From contig JAHLTZ010000063.1 of NCBI GenBank assembly GCA_025786725.1, positions 5,575 through 69,574 of the forward strand: a DNA stretch of 64,000 bases. Direction: 5' to 3'. This DNA is from Syncephalis fuscata S228. Lineage: Eukaryota > Fungi > Zoopagomycota. Both the position numbers and the translations under genes were made by a program. A model generated the notes under the pieces. It was given only the letters and a program-made list of their open reading frames with translations, did no database searches and was not told the origin of the DNA. Positions 1-14,514 of the stretch are shown one piece after another; positions within the stretch are counted from its first letter, which is position 1; each line of letters starts with the position of its first letter.

Positions 1-1801
1 TTAGTAAAATTTTTGAAGTTGTAACATAACAACCAATTTAATACAAGCAATTTTACTGCCGTACCATTATCAAGTCATGGCTATAAGGAAACAAAGAAAA
101 GAGCCAAACGTATTATGGCTTGATAAAAACAGCACCCGTGATTTAACTACGCAAGTATCAAACATGGGTTATAATTTAAAACACCTGCTTGGTGTTAAAT
201 CCCTTATTGGTCTAACAGGCTTAACAATTAATACTTGATTAAACCCTGAAACTTATTTGATATACAACAGCAAGTAAAGCTTTCATAATTAGAATTTTAT
301 TGTGTTTATTATTTAAATGACTTGCGCTTAAATAGATCAAAATTGTTATAGATCAAGACTAAAGCTCATAAGAAATGGTACTGATATAATTAGTAGAAAA
401 ACACTTAAAAACATTGTACTGACAGAAATTACAACCATCTATAAATAAAGTAAAACATATGTTACTATAACCTAATGTCAATAAAAACTTATGAACTGGG
501 TAACTATTGTCTAGATTATTAGATATATTACATTAACAGTTATGCCATTTTGTATTGAAAAAATGTTCTATAATTCTATATTTGCCTATATTGTATACAA
601 TTTTCGGAGATGGGTGGTGAGTGGCATCAAAGTCTAAACTATTATCATCATAGATTTATTATCAGTATGCGTATATCCAGTATACATATATCCTCACTCA
701 CCTATATCGTTAACAATGTATGCCTATAGTTTTATATAGCACCCTGCGCTATACGGAATACACCATATTGTTACAGGTTCAATTACATATAACCTGTCAA
801 ATGAATGCGGCAAAAGAATGGAGATTTATTAATAATAGTACTAGAACAAAAATAAAAGTAGCATTAGATACAAAAAGACTATGCAAGTATAGAATGGTAT
901 ATAAAATGATAAATGAACGGTAAGAAAGCATATAAAACAATGTCAAAGCTATAGTGCATATAATGCAATAAGGGGAATGAGTAAAGTGTAATGGAACATA
1001 TAAACAATGGAATATGTCTAGTATATCATAAAATGATATATAGTAGTGTGGGACAGAATAAGAACAATATAGATTGATAGAAAATATATGTATACTGAGT
1101 ATATATATATATATTGGATAATAAATCTACGATGATGCGTATTTTGGACCCTGATGTGAATTACTCCTAGTTTCATGTTCAGTAGAAAGAAGGTTTAATT
1201 TAAAAGATGAATATTATCAAATGTAATCATTTGACCACCAAACAAACAATAAATGACTAGTAAATTGTTTAATGTACAAAGAGATTATTTTTATTTAATT
1301 AATAAATGAGATGATACATACAATAGGATAATAAAAGTCATAAATCAAATGGCATTGTACATAAAAAGCCTATAAACAAATTAAAGTATCGATAGAGTTG
1401 TTCAAGTGGTGGGATATAAAAAAGAATAAACATCAATTGCATAAAATAAAGTATAATTATAGAACATGTCAGCAGTAAAACAATGATGTATAGGAATAAT
1501 AGACAACAAACAACAAACAATAAAGACAAATATATTCATAGAACAATGTCATCAGCAAAATAACAAGAGTATTTTGAATAGGTTACTATCTTGCTAGCCA
1601 CGTGTAATGTTGAAACAATGTTTATTTTAGCTCAAAGTTATCTCTGTTTAGACGGTAAGGTGATACCTTGGCAATAGTGGTCTCAGCTATCAAAACAAAC
1701 AGATCCTTATTCGCTTTTTCGTTCAAAAACACGCTCAAATACATTGGTTCTCGTTTCAATCGCTCGTTAACACAAAAGTTGCTGCACAAGCTGATAATAT
1801 T

Positions 1802-3284
1802 ATGGATGACGCGGCAAAGCAGTCCAATCAGCATTCTGATGCAGGGGGTTCCGACTCCATTGCAGCTGGCAATAGTTTAGAAGGGGTAACGCTTGATGTT
1901 AACGAGCAGGTGCAGCCAAGTTCAGCGTCTGGTAAGTTATAAGTAGCATAAAGATGCGGAATGTACATTTATTATTTAAATTGTTTTGAATTACAGAAAT
2001 TAGTCAAAAAATGACCAGAGGAGGAAGCGAAACATCTATATGGGCCAAGTCTGTTCCTGTCCAGCCAAAGCGTACGGTATCGCCGGCAAATACCAAACGT
2101 AACAACAAAAGTAATGCTAATAAGGCTGGTTCCAGCCTGCGAGCGGTAGGTGCTGTTTTTTTCCAGTAAAGCAGCAAAAACTATTACTAAATATATTAAA
2201 AGAAACCAAGCGAAGAGGAATTGCAAGCCCGAATGAACCGTATTCGTCAGCAAAATCAAGAGCTACTAAAACGTCGCGAAGTAAGTTGCTATAATACAGT
2301 TAAATAGCCATTTAACACAATAGTACAGGCTATTGAACAGGATGAAGCAGAATTCGCTAAAATCGTGGAACATGACCGTGAAGTGAATGAACAAGCAAGC
2401 GCACTTCAAAAACAAAAGGTTGAACGAGAACGTAAAGCCATGAAAGAAATAAGGTAAATATTGTTACAATTTATCGCAAATAGTGCTAACAATTTATTTG
2501 AACTTACTAGAGTGGAACGAGAGGAGAATGCGCGACGTAAATTGGCTGCTAGCCAACTGCGAGCCTGGGACTCTGAGAAAAGCGACGGCCCTAACAGCCG
2601 GCCCGGCTCAACAAGTCCAGGTCCCGCGTCAAAATCATTTGGTAGTCGAGGCGGTAGAGGTCATCGGTCAAAGGATAAAATGATAATAATTTGGGATCAG
2701 GTTCTGAACGATCAAAATCGCCATTTAGTCCAAAGTTTCCAGCTAGAAAAGTACAAAGTAGCAATGGTGCCTATTTATCAAACGCAGGCCCATTATTTCA
2801 AAAAGATAACACTTCTAGATCGAATGAACACTTGGAACCAGAGGCTGATCGATCCAATAAAATAAATGATGGCGATAGTCATAGTGAAGGTGGACAGACA
2901 CCAGCATTAGAAGCGTCTACATTGCCTATAATACACATTCCTGATCACCAGTACGACAGTAATGGCAGTGATAGTAAATCACAAAAAAGTAGAAGTAGAA
3001 ATAGAAATAATAATAATAGGAATAGCTCTCGTGATTCACGACACAAGCAGCAGCCTCACTCTTCTACGCGCCAAAGTGAAAGTAGTTTGTCTTCGGCGCA
3101 GGATTCACCAACGCAGCCCGAAGAAGTCAAGTCGCCTATATCAGATGCTGGCGTAAAAAGCGTCGATAACATGGACGATTTGTTTGCTTGGCCTCCCCCG
3201 GATAGCGAACGTGTGGCCTGGGGCGACGAAGAGGTCTCTGTATTTAAAGCAGGCGCCGAGAAAAGTTTGTGGGCGAATAAATAA
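1802..3284 (+). CDS. Multi-exon coiled-coil/low-complexity protein, CCDC9-like motifs
   Basis: ATG 1802 (MDDAAKQ...), GT-AG introns (first 1932-1996). The middle exons read EEELQARMNRIRQQNQELLKRREAIEQDE...REENARRKLAASQLRAWDSEK. The terminal region is in ORF 2691..3284; a frame change between ORFs 2461 and 2691 is unresolved. Confidence 0.65.
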
Positions 3285-3456
3285 ACAATCTATGTGCCAG
3301 TATTACATTTTATTGCGTTTTACTATATGAACTTAATAAAGCCTTTTATTTATTTAGCACAAAATAATTATAATCATAATCATATATCTGTATTTTATTT
3401 TACTACGATTACAAAGTAAATTGCAACACTAATAAAACCATTTACTTATAGCACAA

Positions 3457-4085
3457 TCAAGAAAGTTCAATCAATTCAGCATTTTCTGGCTTTTCGCAAA
3501 ATAATTCCTTAGCAGGCTGTATCGGTAGTCTACGTGGTGCTTGGCAATACTGGCACCGAGTAATAATGGCAGGATTGATATTTTCTACTCAATTTAATTA
3601 CACATTTTATAATTATCTGGTAAACACATTATCTTACCTTCAAATTGCAGTTTAAAGGTGATGCCTGGCAAAAGAAGTGTATCACATCGTCGACATAGTG
3701 CTCGTTTAAGTGTTGGATCTCTGTTAAATGAATTATAAATGAATTAAATAAACATGATTGATTAACTAACTTACAAACGCAATACATTACGCTTTGCTAT
3801 TGTCTTCAGCGAAGACACGTAGAATCGTCCTAGACCAGCCAATGCTGGACGAGTTGGATTATTTACATCTTTAATTGCTTGTTTCGTTGCTTGTGAAGGA
3901 CGTGGCTTTGATTTGCGCGTTTTACGCTTTGGTAGATGGCCTGGAGCTGTATCGTCGGCTATACGGCGTTCAGGCACAACGGCTGCTGTCATTAGTGAAG
4001 CAGCCTGGTATAGAAAGTTCATACGTTGGAACTCTTCTGCATTCTGCAACGGACGTGCTTGTTTTTCTTTTTTTGCTTTACCCAT
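3457..4085 (-). CDS. RPR2: RNase P subunit Rpr2/Rpp21 family
   Basis: FQRMNFLYQAA, LGRFYVSSLKTIAKRNVLRL, then spliced exons DPTLKRALCRRCDTLLLPG and IITRCQYCQAPRRLP (two CxxC zinc knuckles). TGA at 3457-3459. Confidence 0.9.
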
Positions 4086-4217
4086 CGTAGTGTTATTAAC
4101 GCCAAGTAATTGGCGTTGGTCTATTTCAATTCAAAGTAGAGACAAAACCAAAAGAAGTGTGACGAATCTACTTTTTACTTTGTTTTCTTTTTTGATCACG
4201 CCATACTAGTAGTCAGA

Positions 4218-4924
4218 ATGCGTAACTCGTTAACTCTATGGCGTCAGGTAGATATAACTGCAATTGTTGGTTTGTAGTAACATTGCTAACCAATCTACTA
4301 CCGATCAGGTACGGCCAACTGCGATGCGTGGCATAACCTGGACGCCTTTTGGCATCAATATTCGACGCAGTATTACCGATCGGGCTAAGAAGATGATCGA
4401 AGAGGTAATACGTGTTGTTTAATACTAAATAGCATAGTATTTATGTCTGGTTGATTAATGTAGAATATTCAAAGCAATGATGTTTGCGTTTTTATGAAAG
4501 GCACTTTAGATAGGCCACAGGTAAGTGGAGTAGCAATTAGCGTACAATGGCCTGTTTATATTAACTTTATTAAAGTGCGGATTTAGTCGAGCAGTAGCAC
4601 AAATACTGGATGTTCACGGAGTATCTGGTGTTAAAGCACTTAATGTGCTTGAAGATCCTGAGCTGCGTGAGGGAATCAAGGAGTACTCGTAAGCAATTAA
4701 TGGACATGACTATAACACGTAATAATCATCATTGTACACTGCCAAATATTTGTAGATCATGGCCAACTATTCCACAGGTCTACGTTAAGGGTGAATTCGT
4801 TGGTGGATGTGATATTATGTTTGATATGCACAAATCTGGTGCATTAGAAGAAATGCTGGTAAAAGAAGGTATCGTGGAACCATTATCGGAAGAAGAGCCA
4901 GAGGCAAATAAACCAACAGCTTAG
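4218..4924 (+). CDS. GRX5: Mitochondrial monothiol glutaredoxin
   Basis: Arg-rich presequence. Spliced exons give [10 protein letters not shown]|[11 protein letters not shown]...LREGIKEYS|[20 protein letters not shown] (CGFS active site). Confidence 0.95.
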
Positions 4925-6007
4925 TTTAATTAACTAATAAAGACTTTATCATTAAAGCAATTAAACGCGGCATATGGTTCAACTAACATTTGTGGCGTAT
5001 AATAAATACAACACTGGTAAAAGCCATTTACACACTATAATAAACACGAATACACATAATAATTTGCTTTCCCTTAATCTATTGTGACTGTGACGTATGC
5101 CGTATGACGTATGTAAGAAAACTAATGGTCAGGCGCCCATAGTTGAGCTATGACTGTTACTATGACTGCTGTTACTGCTACGAAACAACAAGTTCAACAT
5201 TAATTGAGATCGTTATATAGATAAACCAGAGGTGAATAGGAGATGTGATAAAAGAGCGAAAGACTAGGCGCGCATAACAAATGCAAAGTAAATAAGTTTA
5301 ACAAACTGTAAATAACGCAGAAAATCCCCCGATGGCATGAAAATGCAATGGATACTCGACAGAGATAATGTAAAAACATACACAAAAATGAAAGTGACAG
5401 CCAGAAGGATGGCACATGCGGTGTAGGCACGCATATATTCCCCGAATGCAGACTGAAGGGCGAGGGGAGCAAAGCAAATAGATGGATGTATAGGCATGAG
5501 ATGGCATAACCTATAATATATATTTGCCTGGCGTGTAGAAAAGACGCGTCTTACCTAGAAAGACAAGCTACAACAAATAGAATCATCCATATCGTACTGG
5601 TATTCTAGTGTATACAAGAAGAAGAAAAGAAAAGGCTGGTCCACAAAACTGACTCAAAAGAGTACAATGACCAAAATGGAATGCAATAGTTATTACCAAT
5701 ATGATTGCACCCAGTGAAACAAGAAAATAGAAAAAATATCACAAATTGTGGAATGCACGCCAAAAGCGCGTGCAAACTAGCTAGAATGCGGTAGCAAGAG
5801 GGAGTAATGCATTGGACTATTCACATAGCACGAAAGTCCAAGAAACCGCGATAAAGTAATAAACTAAAATAAAAGTGGCCGTAAAACGTACAAATTGAAT
5901 AAATGAAATTGATTTAAAAAGTCTATAAATGCTATTACTTGAGGTGATTGTGTATATATATATATATGGATATATAGATATATAAAACGTGTCGATAGTT
6001 AAAAGCG

Positions 6008-7127
6008 TTACCATCTTGGAGATGGCAATGGTGATGGTGGCGTCAATGCTGGTAGTAAAATACCAAGCGGGCTATTGTCTTTGCTTTCGAGGCGTGGTAA
6101 TGGCGTCTGAGGCGGTGTTTTCAAGACGTTAAACGCTTGTGCGCCATCAACCACTGGCGAAGCAAGACCAGTTCGAATGCGCATCTGACCAGCTCGATGC
6201 ATGGCCTGCACAAATGCCGCATCCAGCATATCATCATCACTGCTATCATCTTCCCCACCGAGCATGGGTGTCATATTTCTTTCATTCAAATCGGTGCCGC
6301 TATTCGAATCAAGTTCAATGGATGCCGGCATCATGGCGGTGTCCGTTGCAGAGGATGTTTCGGAAAGAGAAGGTGTACAAGGAGCCGTCAGCGATGACGG
6401 CATTGGACTGGTGCAGTCCGACTGCGTGTGGTTGGTGACGGTAACATCCATGGCGACCGGGCCAACGGTTGAAAAGCGTTCCATGACCGCGAGGACATGA
6501 GCAGTACGACGATGCTTAGTCAGCGTTTGTTTGTGGCAGAAACTTTTGCCACAGCCGTCGAACGTGCAGCGGTAAGGCCGCTTCCCGGCATGGACACGAC
6601 GGTGGCGAGCGAGCGATGAACTATCGCTAAAAGCACGTCGGCAAGAAGGCTCTTCGCAAACATGCGGGCGCTCACCGGAATGCGTGCGCAGATGGACGGT
6701 CAGTGCAGAACGTTGAATAAACGATTTGCTACATCCGGGTATGGTGCAGGCAAATGGTCTATGTAAAAGGCACACAATAGATATTAGAACTAGCTGGATA
6801 ATAATGAGGCAAGCTGGTCACACGATCTGTACAACGTGTGTGGCTACTGCATATTTCTCCCTGGCTGAACCTTGGTTCATACCGCATCATGACACCTATT
6901 ATGGAAAGGCTCTACCATGTCGATGCTAATCCATCCGCATAGCTGCACGTTTCTGCACAAGATAATTTTATAATTGACTTAACTTACCGTTCATTAGTAT
7001 GGATCCGCAAATGGCGTACAAGATCTGAGCGGCGTGCAAATGCTTTCGGACAATTGTCCCAATGGCAGGCGTAAGGCCGATGTTCCGGCAATAGCGTATC
7101 AAGGTGAATAAGTTCAAGAATATCCAT
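6008..7127 (-). CDS. C2H2 zinc-finger transcription factor (4 fingers)
   Basis: Exon 1 MDILELIHLDTLLPEHRPYACHWDNCPKAFARRSDLVRHLRIHTNER, an intron of about 230 nt, then three more fingers with HSGERP/HAGKRP linkers in ORF 6008..6775. Confidence 0.92.
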
Positions 7128-9210
7128 TATGACTTTGGTAGATGGAAAATGTAAAAACGTAATATTCTAACCACTGTGTAAATGTGTGCCAATGTATATG
7201 AGTAGAGAGTGTGTATATGTGTGTGAAGAATAGACGGATAGCTAACGATAAGGGATAATGGTGTTGTTGTTGTTGTTGTTGTTGATGGTGATGACGATGT
7301 AAGTAAAGGATTGTGTTACAGTGGAGTTTAAACGGTCACACACATACACACAGAAGCACGCACAGTTCAAGTACCAAAAATGAAAATGGAAATGATTCTA
7401 ACTAGAAGGGTATTCAGTTGGCGGCAAAGATGTTTAGGTTAATTCAATAAAGATCCAGTGCATAAGAAATATGCAATCATGTAATTGACAAGATAATAGT
7501 AGTGACAATGACAGCAACGATGGCGTCAAAATTGGTGACAAAGCGGAACAATCAAAATTGGTCGGATGCGTTGGAAAGAAACACCCAAGTAAAGCGATTT
7601 TCTTAAATAAAAAATGGGGATTGAGGGATGGAGACGGAGAGAGGGAGCAAGAATTGATAAAGAGAGATGAGGACGGAGATAGGGACTGAATAAGGGAAGA
7701 GAGAGAGAAAAAAGAGAAGGGGAGAGAGATGTGGCGACGGTCAGCGTAGAAAATCTGACAAAAGAATACAGAGGAGAGGACGTGATGAGTACTGCAAGAA
7801 CTAAGCCCGGACTATTCAAGATTTTATATTAATCGATGCGCGGCACTGTGGATCATTGTGGCCTATCAGACAATTGTACAATAAATTACTTGTAGGAGAA
7901 TTTATGGCTGCTAAGGTCAATAAATCCGATTAGTGTGAATAACGCCGAGTTGTAAAAATAAATGGTCCAATGACGCGTCTACACTTTTCTACTACTTTGT
8001 GTTTTACCGTTTGCATATGGTGATGGTGAGAATAATAAAAAAGCGAGCCGAGGAGCGTGAACAGAATCTATGCAACCTATGGAACACCATGCAGTATTAC
8101 AGGGCGTGGGGTGAGATCTTCGTTAGCGTCAGGTGTCAAGGGTGGATGGCCACAATGCCAAATACTCGGCCCAGTGCTTTTCTACGCCACCATGATACAA
8201 GAAAGTGATGGTGTTGGTGTTATCTTTAAGTAAAGGCTGTCATACATCCATCAATGGCCATGACTTGATACATCAACCTTGAAATAAATGAATACTTGCA
8301 GCTTAATAACACGTGCGTGTGCGTACGTGCACTTGTAGTTATTAATCATTGATAATGTAAATAAAATTGGCTATTCGCTATTTCTTTATTAATAACAAAC
8401 TTATTGGCTAATACAAAATCGATAGTAACTATTGCAGTATTAATTGAATGAATCTAATTCTACCTATTAGGATGAGTGCAAGGTCACATGGATACAGAGT
8501 GTACAATTAACTGATTGGATAATTGACCGGCTAAATGATTGGCTAACCAGTCGTTTAGTTTAAGCCATTCTAATAGCAATTGTAACAATAAAAGGGGCAG
8601 TCATTTATTAACATTATTACTATTGCTATCAATGTTGTTGCTCTATTCATTGAGTGTAGGCCATACTATTATCGATTAGCAAGCTCGTTTCTATTGAAAC
8701 GCGACGCTTGGACCTACACGTGGTGCGCAAATCCTTTAAATAATTTGTGCTAACATCACGATCAGCATTGGCATCCTTAGCCTTTCCATCTTTAAGCGTC
8801 TTTCCTTTTTCCCTCGCTTCCCCTTGAAATCATTGGCATGTCGTTGCTTATGCACATGCCAATAGCTAATTAGCGTTGTACTAACAACACTCATTAAACT
8901 ATTGCAGTTTTTAATTAGAAATTATGCTATATTTCGATAGAACAGCTAGCATCATAGCGATGATATCGATGCTGCTAATGACAATCATAATCATAATAAC
9001 AATTAATAATTGAATGTATATACTTTGAAACTGCATAGTCGATCTTATCTGTCTTGCACATTTATATCTATTACAGTATTTTCATCTCAATATGGATGAA
9101 TTATAATAATTATATATTTTCCAATTAAAATTACGTAAATATACACTTTATTCAACTAAACACACTTATGCATATATATATATGTACAATTACAGAATGG
9201 CCATACTATC

Positions 9211-12200
9211 TTAACCTTCTGTATCCAACTGGCTTGAATGTTCTCGGTGACGTGGTCGCAGCAAGTGTTTTACCTTGTGACTGCCTTCATCCAGCTTGTC
9301 CTTGGCCCATTTAAGTGTACGTACCCCTTTGTATTTCATTGCGCCTGAACCATAGAAAGCATCGTTAGTGTTGTTGGTTCGTACAGCACATCTCATTAGA
9401 AGCGGCCGCTTTTTCAAGTAATACCCAACTACAACTTACCTTGTTCATCTCGAACTCGTCTGCGATGAACAGAATCGTCGGATAGACTGGTTCGCTCGGG
9501 TGTTTCATCTTTATAGTGCTCGTTAGTTCGACATTCATTTCTATCTTCGCTATTTGTCGTTGCCATTTTGGCAAATGTCTTTGATTTTTGTGAATACTGA
9601 GAATAGCCGCTAATACTCGATCGATTAGAGTTATTGCCTGACTCGCCTTCCATTGTGGATGTTTCATTTTCCAATGATGCTCTTTGAGGATGTCGAAGTT
9701 TAACAACTGAATCTAAATACTCTTCTGAGGTACCAGATATCTCCAACGACTTTCGCAGATCCTCATAACTTGGATCAACCGAATCGGTATTAACTATATT
9801 TTCGTCTTGTATAATATCGTGCACTTCCATGGCTCGTTGTAAAAATGTATTGGTATGTTTGCCTTTTCGATGCTTGTCAGCAATACCACCGCGGAATACA
9901 ATATTAAAACGGATATGCCCGACAAATCGCTCCAGACGAACCTTATCCGGACCCGTTGCCGTCTTAATCATATCGTGTGCCGCCGTACGTAGATTAATAA
10001 TGTTCGATTGTGGTGTGATATCTCGTTCAAAAGGTCGAATATCACCTGGAATAAAGATAGGGATATCAGCTGATACCATTTCATCATCAATCAGATCTTT
10101 CAGCCATACGACACCAAATGCTACTACTTCTCGTCGTAGTTTACGCTGTCGCAACTGTATGATAAGTGCAGTGGTATACCGTGCATTAACCGGCAGTGTA
10201 GCCTCGATGTTAGGCCAGCTGGCCTCCGTTAATAAAGTAGATGCTAAGGATTCAACAGTTGTGGCCGGTACTGGTAATGGCGACACGTCCTTTGTCGTTA
10301 GTTTTGCAGTTTCCGTATCAAATGTCTCACTGTTATCATCAGAGCTTAGTGACAAACGGCAGTAAACTGGCATACCTAGCAAATTATAAAATGTTTATAA
10401 TATAGCTGATTAATCTGTGTTCATACTAACCTTCGGCCAATCCGCTTAAATCTGTAGCACATATATCGCTCACGTGCAATGTGCCTACATCTATACGCAA
10501 ATAAGAATATTCAATTTAAATATCCCATTAGATTCGTTATTGTTACAACTTACTGTAGCCACTTATATGCTTTGGAATGGTAATTTCAATTGGATGAAAC
10601 ACTATACTAATTCTAATTTTTCCATAGCCTATATACTATCGTCAACTAAACTGTGATATAGTTTAAATTGAGTAATAATCCTTACCAACACCGCCCATTA
10701 GTCTAAACCATCGAGTCATTTCCATATTTTGTCCCTATTTGTTACAAAATAGTAAGTAAATGGTTTACACTAACCGTACAACTAAATACCTCAGGAATTT
10801 GGTTTATTATATCCTTTAATTCAAAGGCTATAATGCCCAAAACTGGATCACGTTCTCGCGATCTTAAATCTCTGATAACAACGCGTATACGGCAGGTGTG
10901 CCAATCACGTATTACTCGATCTGTTAAACAGTTCCAGTACGGTCGGGGATTTGTTGGTTTTACTCGACTGCGATACGTCAACTCATCATTAACGATAAGT
11001 TCAACGTAGCTTGATGGAAATACGCCATTATTGCTCTGATTACTATTGTTCAGGCCCAATCTTACAGAGCTAGGTGTACCGAAAATCGACACATCCTCTG
11101 GAGATACTTCACGAGGTGCTGTACGCAGCTCAAGATCTGTACCTTCGTGTACCAAAATTGATAAAATACCAGCCGCTATTGAATACATATTTAAATTAAT
11201 AATTATCTATTATGTTTATTTGCAAATAGTAACTTACATGTACGTTTGTTCTTTGTAGTTTTTGGATAGTAGCCAATACTATAGGTCAGTTCGCCTTTGG
11301 ACTCGGCATTTCGACTTAGATCCATCAACGGACTAGTACTATAATATATATATATATATAATTATCAATGCATTCACATTCATACTAACTTACTGTTTTG
11401 TTATAATACCAGGCTTAGCTACCAAAGGTGCCAGTGGTAGATCTATACCACCTAAACCATCGTCACTATTCCATCGATCAGCATCCCATACTTGTAATCG
11501 AATCTTTTCTTGATTGCGTAGATCATCTCGAGTTACAAGCATAAATCCAGTTTCTTCCCAGACGGGATTAAGTTCGTTGTTTAGAATACGTGTACGGAAT
11601 CGTGTTTTTCCACTTTGATGCAACGATATTGTGGCATAAGCATCAGATTTACCTATTACATCGTTAATAATTAATCGCTTATCTAAATCACCAATAAATA
11701 CGCATATCTACTTACCTAGCACATCAGCATTACGTAACGATTTAGCTGAATGGAATGTTACGCAGATTACACCAATAGTCGTAGAATCTATTGATCAAAC
11801 AATTAAACAATTAAAGCTATATTTGTTGCCTATAACTTACTGTGTGGTACATCATCGCCTAGAATCAATTTGCTTACATCAAGTGTATAGGATTTAGGCC
11901 ATACAAATCGATCCACAACGATATTGATACAGTGTAGTATATAGTCAGATATTAATGGTAGCTATATAAATAAATAAACAACTAAGTAAATATAAAATAC
12001 AGGTATTCTGACACTTACATTCATTATATTGACAGTACGTAACGGTTTAACGCTAATATCAATTCTTGGCCTTCGCATGAGAGTAAAGTTACCAAGTTTT
12101 ACAAAAGGAGGATCGGGAGATGGTTGTAGTTTAAAACGGCACTACAAGTTAAATAGTATTACAAAATAATATAATTGTAACTATTTGTAGCTTACCGTGC

Positions 12201-13734
12201 CAATACATGTAAGTAATTCGGCAAAAGCCGGTACAGTAACTCCTGCAAAGCCTTTGACACCCATAGTCAACGAACAAATCATATGGGCATTTCGCGACTC
12301 TTGTTGACGAGTTGCCGCCGGTGCTGCCTGATAAATAAAGTCGGCCTCTAAATGGATACCATCACCAAATGCCTCAATGTCATCATTAGGCTGAAGGTCC
12401 TTTTGCGGCGATAGTACTCGGATACCCCGTACACGGAATGGATGAACACCTTGATCGACATCCTCGACACGTACAGCATAGACGATACTTGGACACTGTT
12501 CCTTAAGTACATCTTCCATTAAATCAATCGCTGGTGTAAATAGTTCACGATTAATGAGTGGCCATAGTTTGCCTACAATGTGGTTGACCCATTCTACAGA
12601 TTCAGCCCGTCGGCCTAGCAATCGATTACCACGCTCTATCTCGACTAGATGTGACCATATTGTTGCATCACTTGCATCAAATCGACGTAGTATATAGACC
12701 CAGCAAGCAAGTGCAGCTGCTAATATCCAAATAGTAATTCCATAGTAGAGACCAAGCCAAACAAGGCCGGCAAATCCAATCATAGATAGTGCATAGCGTG
12801 AACGCATACTATTTGCATAATGGCTAAGAGCCAAGTCAAGATCCAGCGCAGTCTCGTAGTCAAGCTTTCCTCCGTATGGTGAAGATAAAGCGGCCCATTT
12901 ATCCATGTACGATTTACCAGGCCCAGTATTTGGAGTGGGCGATTCAAATGTATCCAATGCTAGTGATCTTCGATTCTGGCTATTACCATTTGTATTATGA
13001 GGCCAATTTCTAACATCTTCACTATCACGACTGAATGTGGCTGACAAAGGAGAGGCCGCTTGAGATGCACTGGGCCAATCAGTACTGGGCCAATCGTCCG
13101 GCATGTTTGTTACAATATTACCACGATAGCCAACACTAGGCTGCATATTTACATCTGGAAATGATTGTGTGGGTATACCATCATGTGAGTTGTTATTGCT
13201 ACGTGAGTTATTATGAGAGCGAGTTAAATTAACTGCCGATAAAGAGCCGAATCGTCGACGAAACGCAGCTGCAATACTTCCGCGTCTTGAATGTCCATGT
13301 TCGTCGTCCGTACCATGTCGTGTTAAATTTGTTCCTTGGCGCTGTTCCTGCGATATTGAGCCTACCTCGCTGGACTGGCTTCTCTTATGCCTTAACTGAC
13401 GTATTTGAGGCAAAATAGCCTGGTTATCTGTGCTAATATCTGCATCTGATCGACGTCGTTGGTGTAGTTGCCGCTCCTGTGACTTTATACGTTCCGGCAT
13501 GGTATTAGTAACAGCTATTTTGTCTTTATTTAATTCATTATCTGTATTCTCAAGTCCTGAGTTACTAGGCTCCAATAAAGGATTCATTGTTTGGTCTAAT
13601 GATGCGCTTGAATCTGTTTTTGTTAATGTAATGAGCGGTTTTAGAGGTCGTGGTGGTAATGGAGGCATGTCAGAAGAAACATTGAGTGCTTCTGACAGCC
13701 CGACATCGTTATTATTATCTTCCGGTTGTGACAT
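9211..13734 (-). CDS. SMP- and C2-domain membrane tether, Mug190/tricalbin-like
   Basis: TM hairpin followed by ESVEWVNHIVGKLWP (start of SMP). C2 domains NNELNPVWEE...QVWDADRWNSDDGLG and RSRVKPTNPRPYWN. C-terminal MKYKGVRTLKWAKD resembles the Mug190 family. Multiple GT-AG introns. Confidence 0.85.
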
Positions 13735-14514
13735 AATAAGCAAGAACAATAGCAACAGTAGTAAAAGTAATATTGTGATGTTGCAAAGTTTGTGTTATTG
13801 TGTTTAAGGTATCAGTGTTTAAAGGTGCCAAGAAACATCATGTTTTGTTTTGGAATGATCGACGAAAAGAATTTGGTCCAATATGAATTGTATACTTGAC
13901 CCAATATTGTTTTGGTTTTACATTTTTGTATAAAAATATTGTCGTGATCTATTATAGTGTAGTCTTTATTGTTTATTTTATAATAGCATCAGGTTCATGT
14001 TGTACTAAGGCAAGCAATTAATTAGTAATTACTAACGCTTAGGTGATAGAAGTAAGCGTAAACAAGACGCTAGCCATTAAGTTGATAGCTGTTGCAGTAG
14101 TCTTTTTTTAATGTAGTATCTATACGAGTGCTATATATTATTTACCACTCACATAAAATCGGTATAAATCAAGTTGTTTTTAGCGACAGCTTCAAAATTA
14201 CTTTTATGGATTATTAAAAATTTGAAATTCATAGACGGTATTGATTCATCAGCAGTTTTATACACTGTTTTACCAGTCTTTACGGACAACTAAGAATAAA
14301 AAGTGTGCTCTGATTTTTCAATGTATTACTGCAGTACAGACAATAAATTTTATGCATAAATACTGGTTTGGGTCCTTACTGTGCATATAGGCTTGTAAAC
14401 TACTGAATTTCAGCTTTTTTTATATCTTTCACAACAATACTTTATTTATTGCGCATCTTCATATATTTACACTAAACTAACTGCGAGTATATCCAATAGT
14501 GGCGCTGTTTTAAA

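Noticed and set aside
5797-5807. GAGGGAGTAAT as partner TIR of the CTCCCTCC motif at 51766
   Set aside because: It lies 46 kb away in a 3' UTR, faces outward and has core genes in between.
6760-6988. Unusually long, GC-richer intron in the C2H2 gene as a snoRNA host
   Set aside because: A box C-like ATGATG is present, but no convincing box D or terminal stem was seen.
9829-10365. Long antisense ORFs (also 13430-13807, 34791-35156, 6137-6500)
   Set aside because: Shadows of real genes on the opposite strand.
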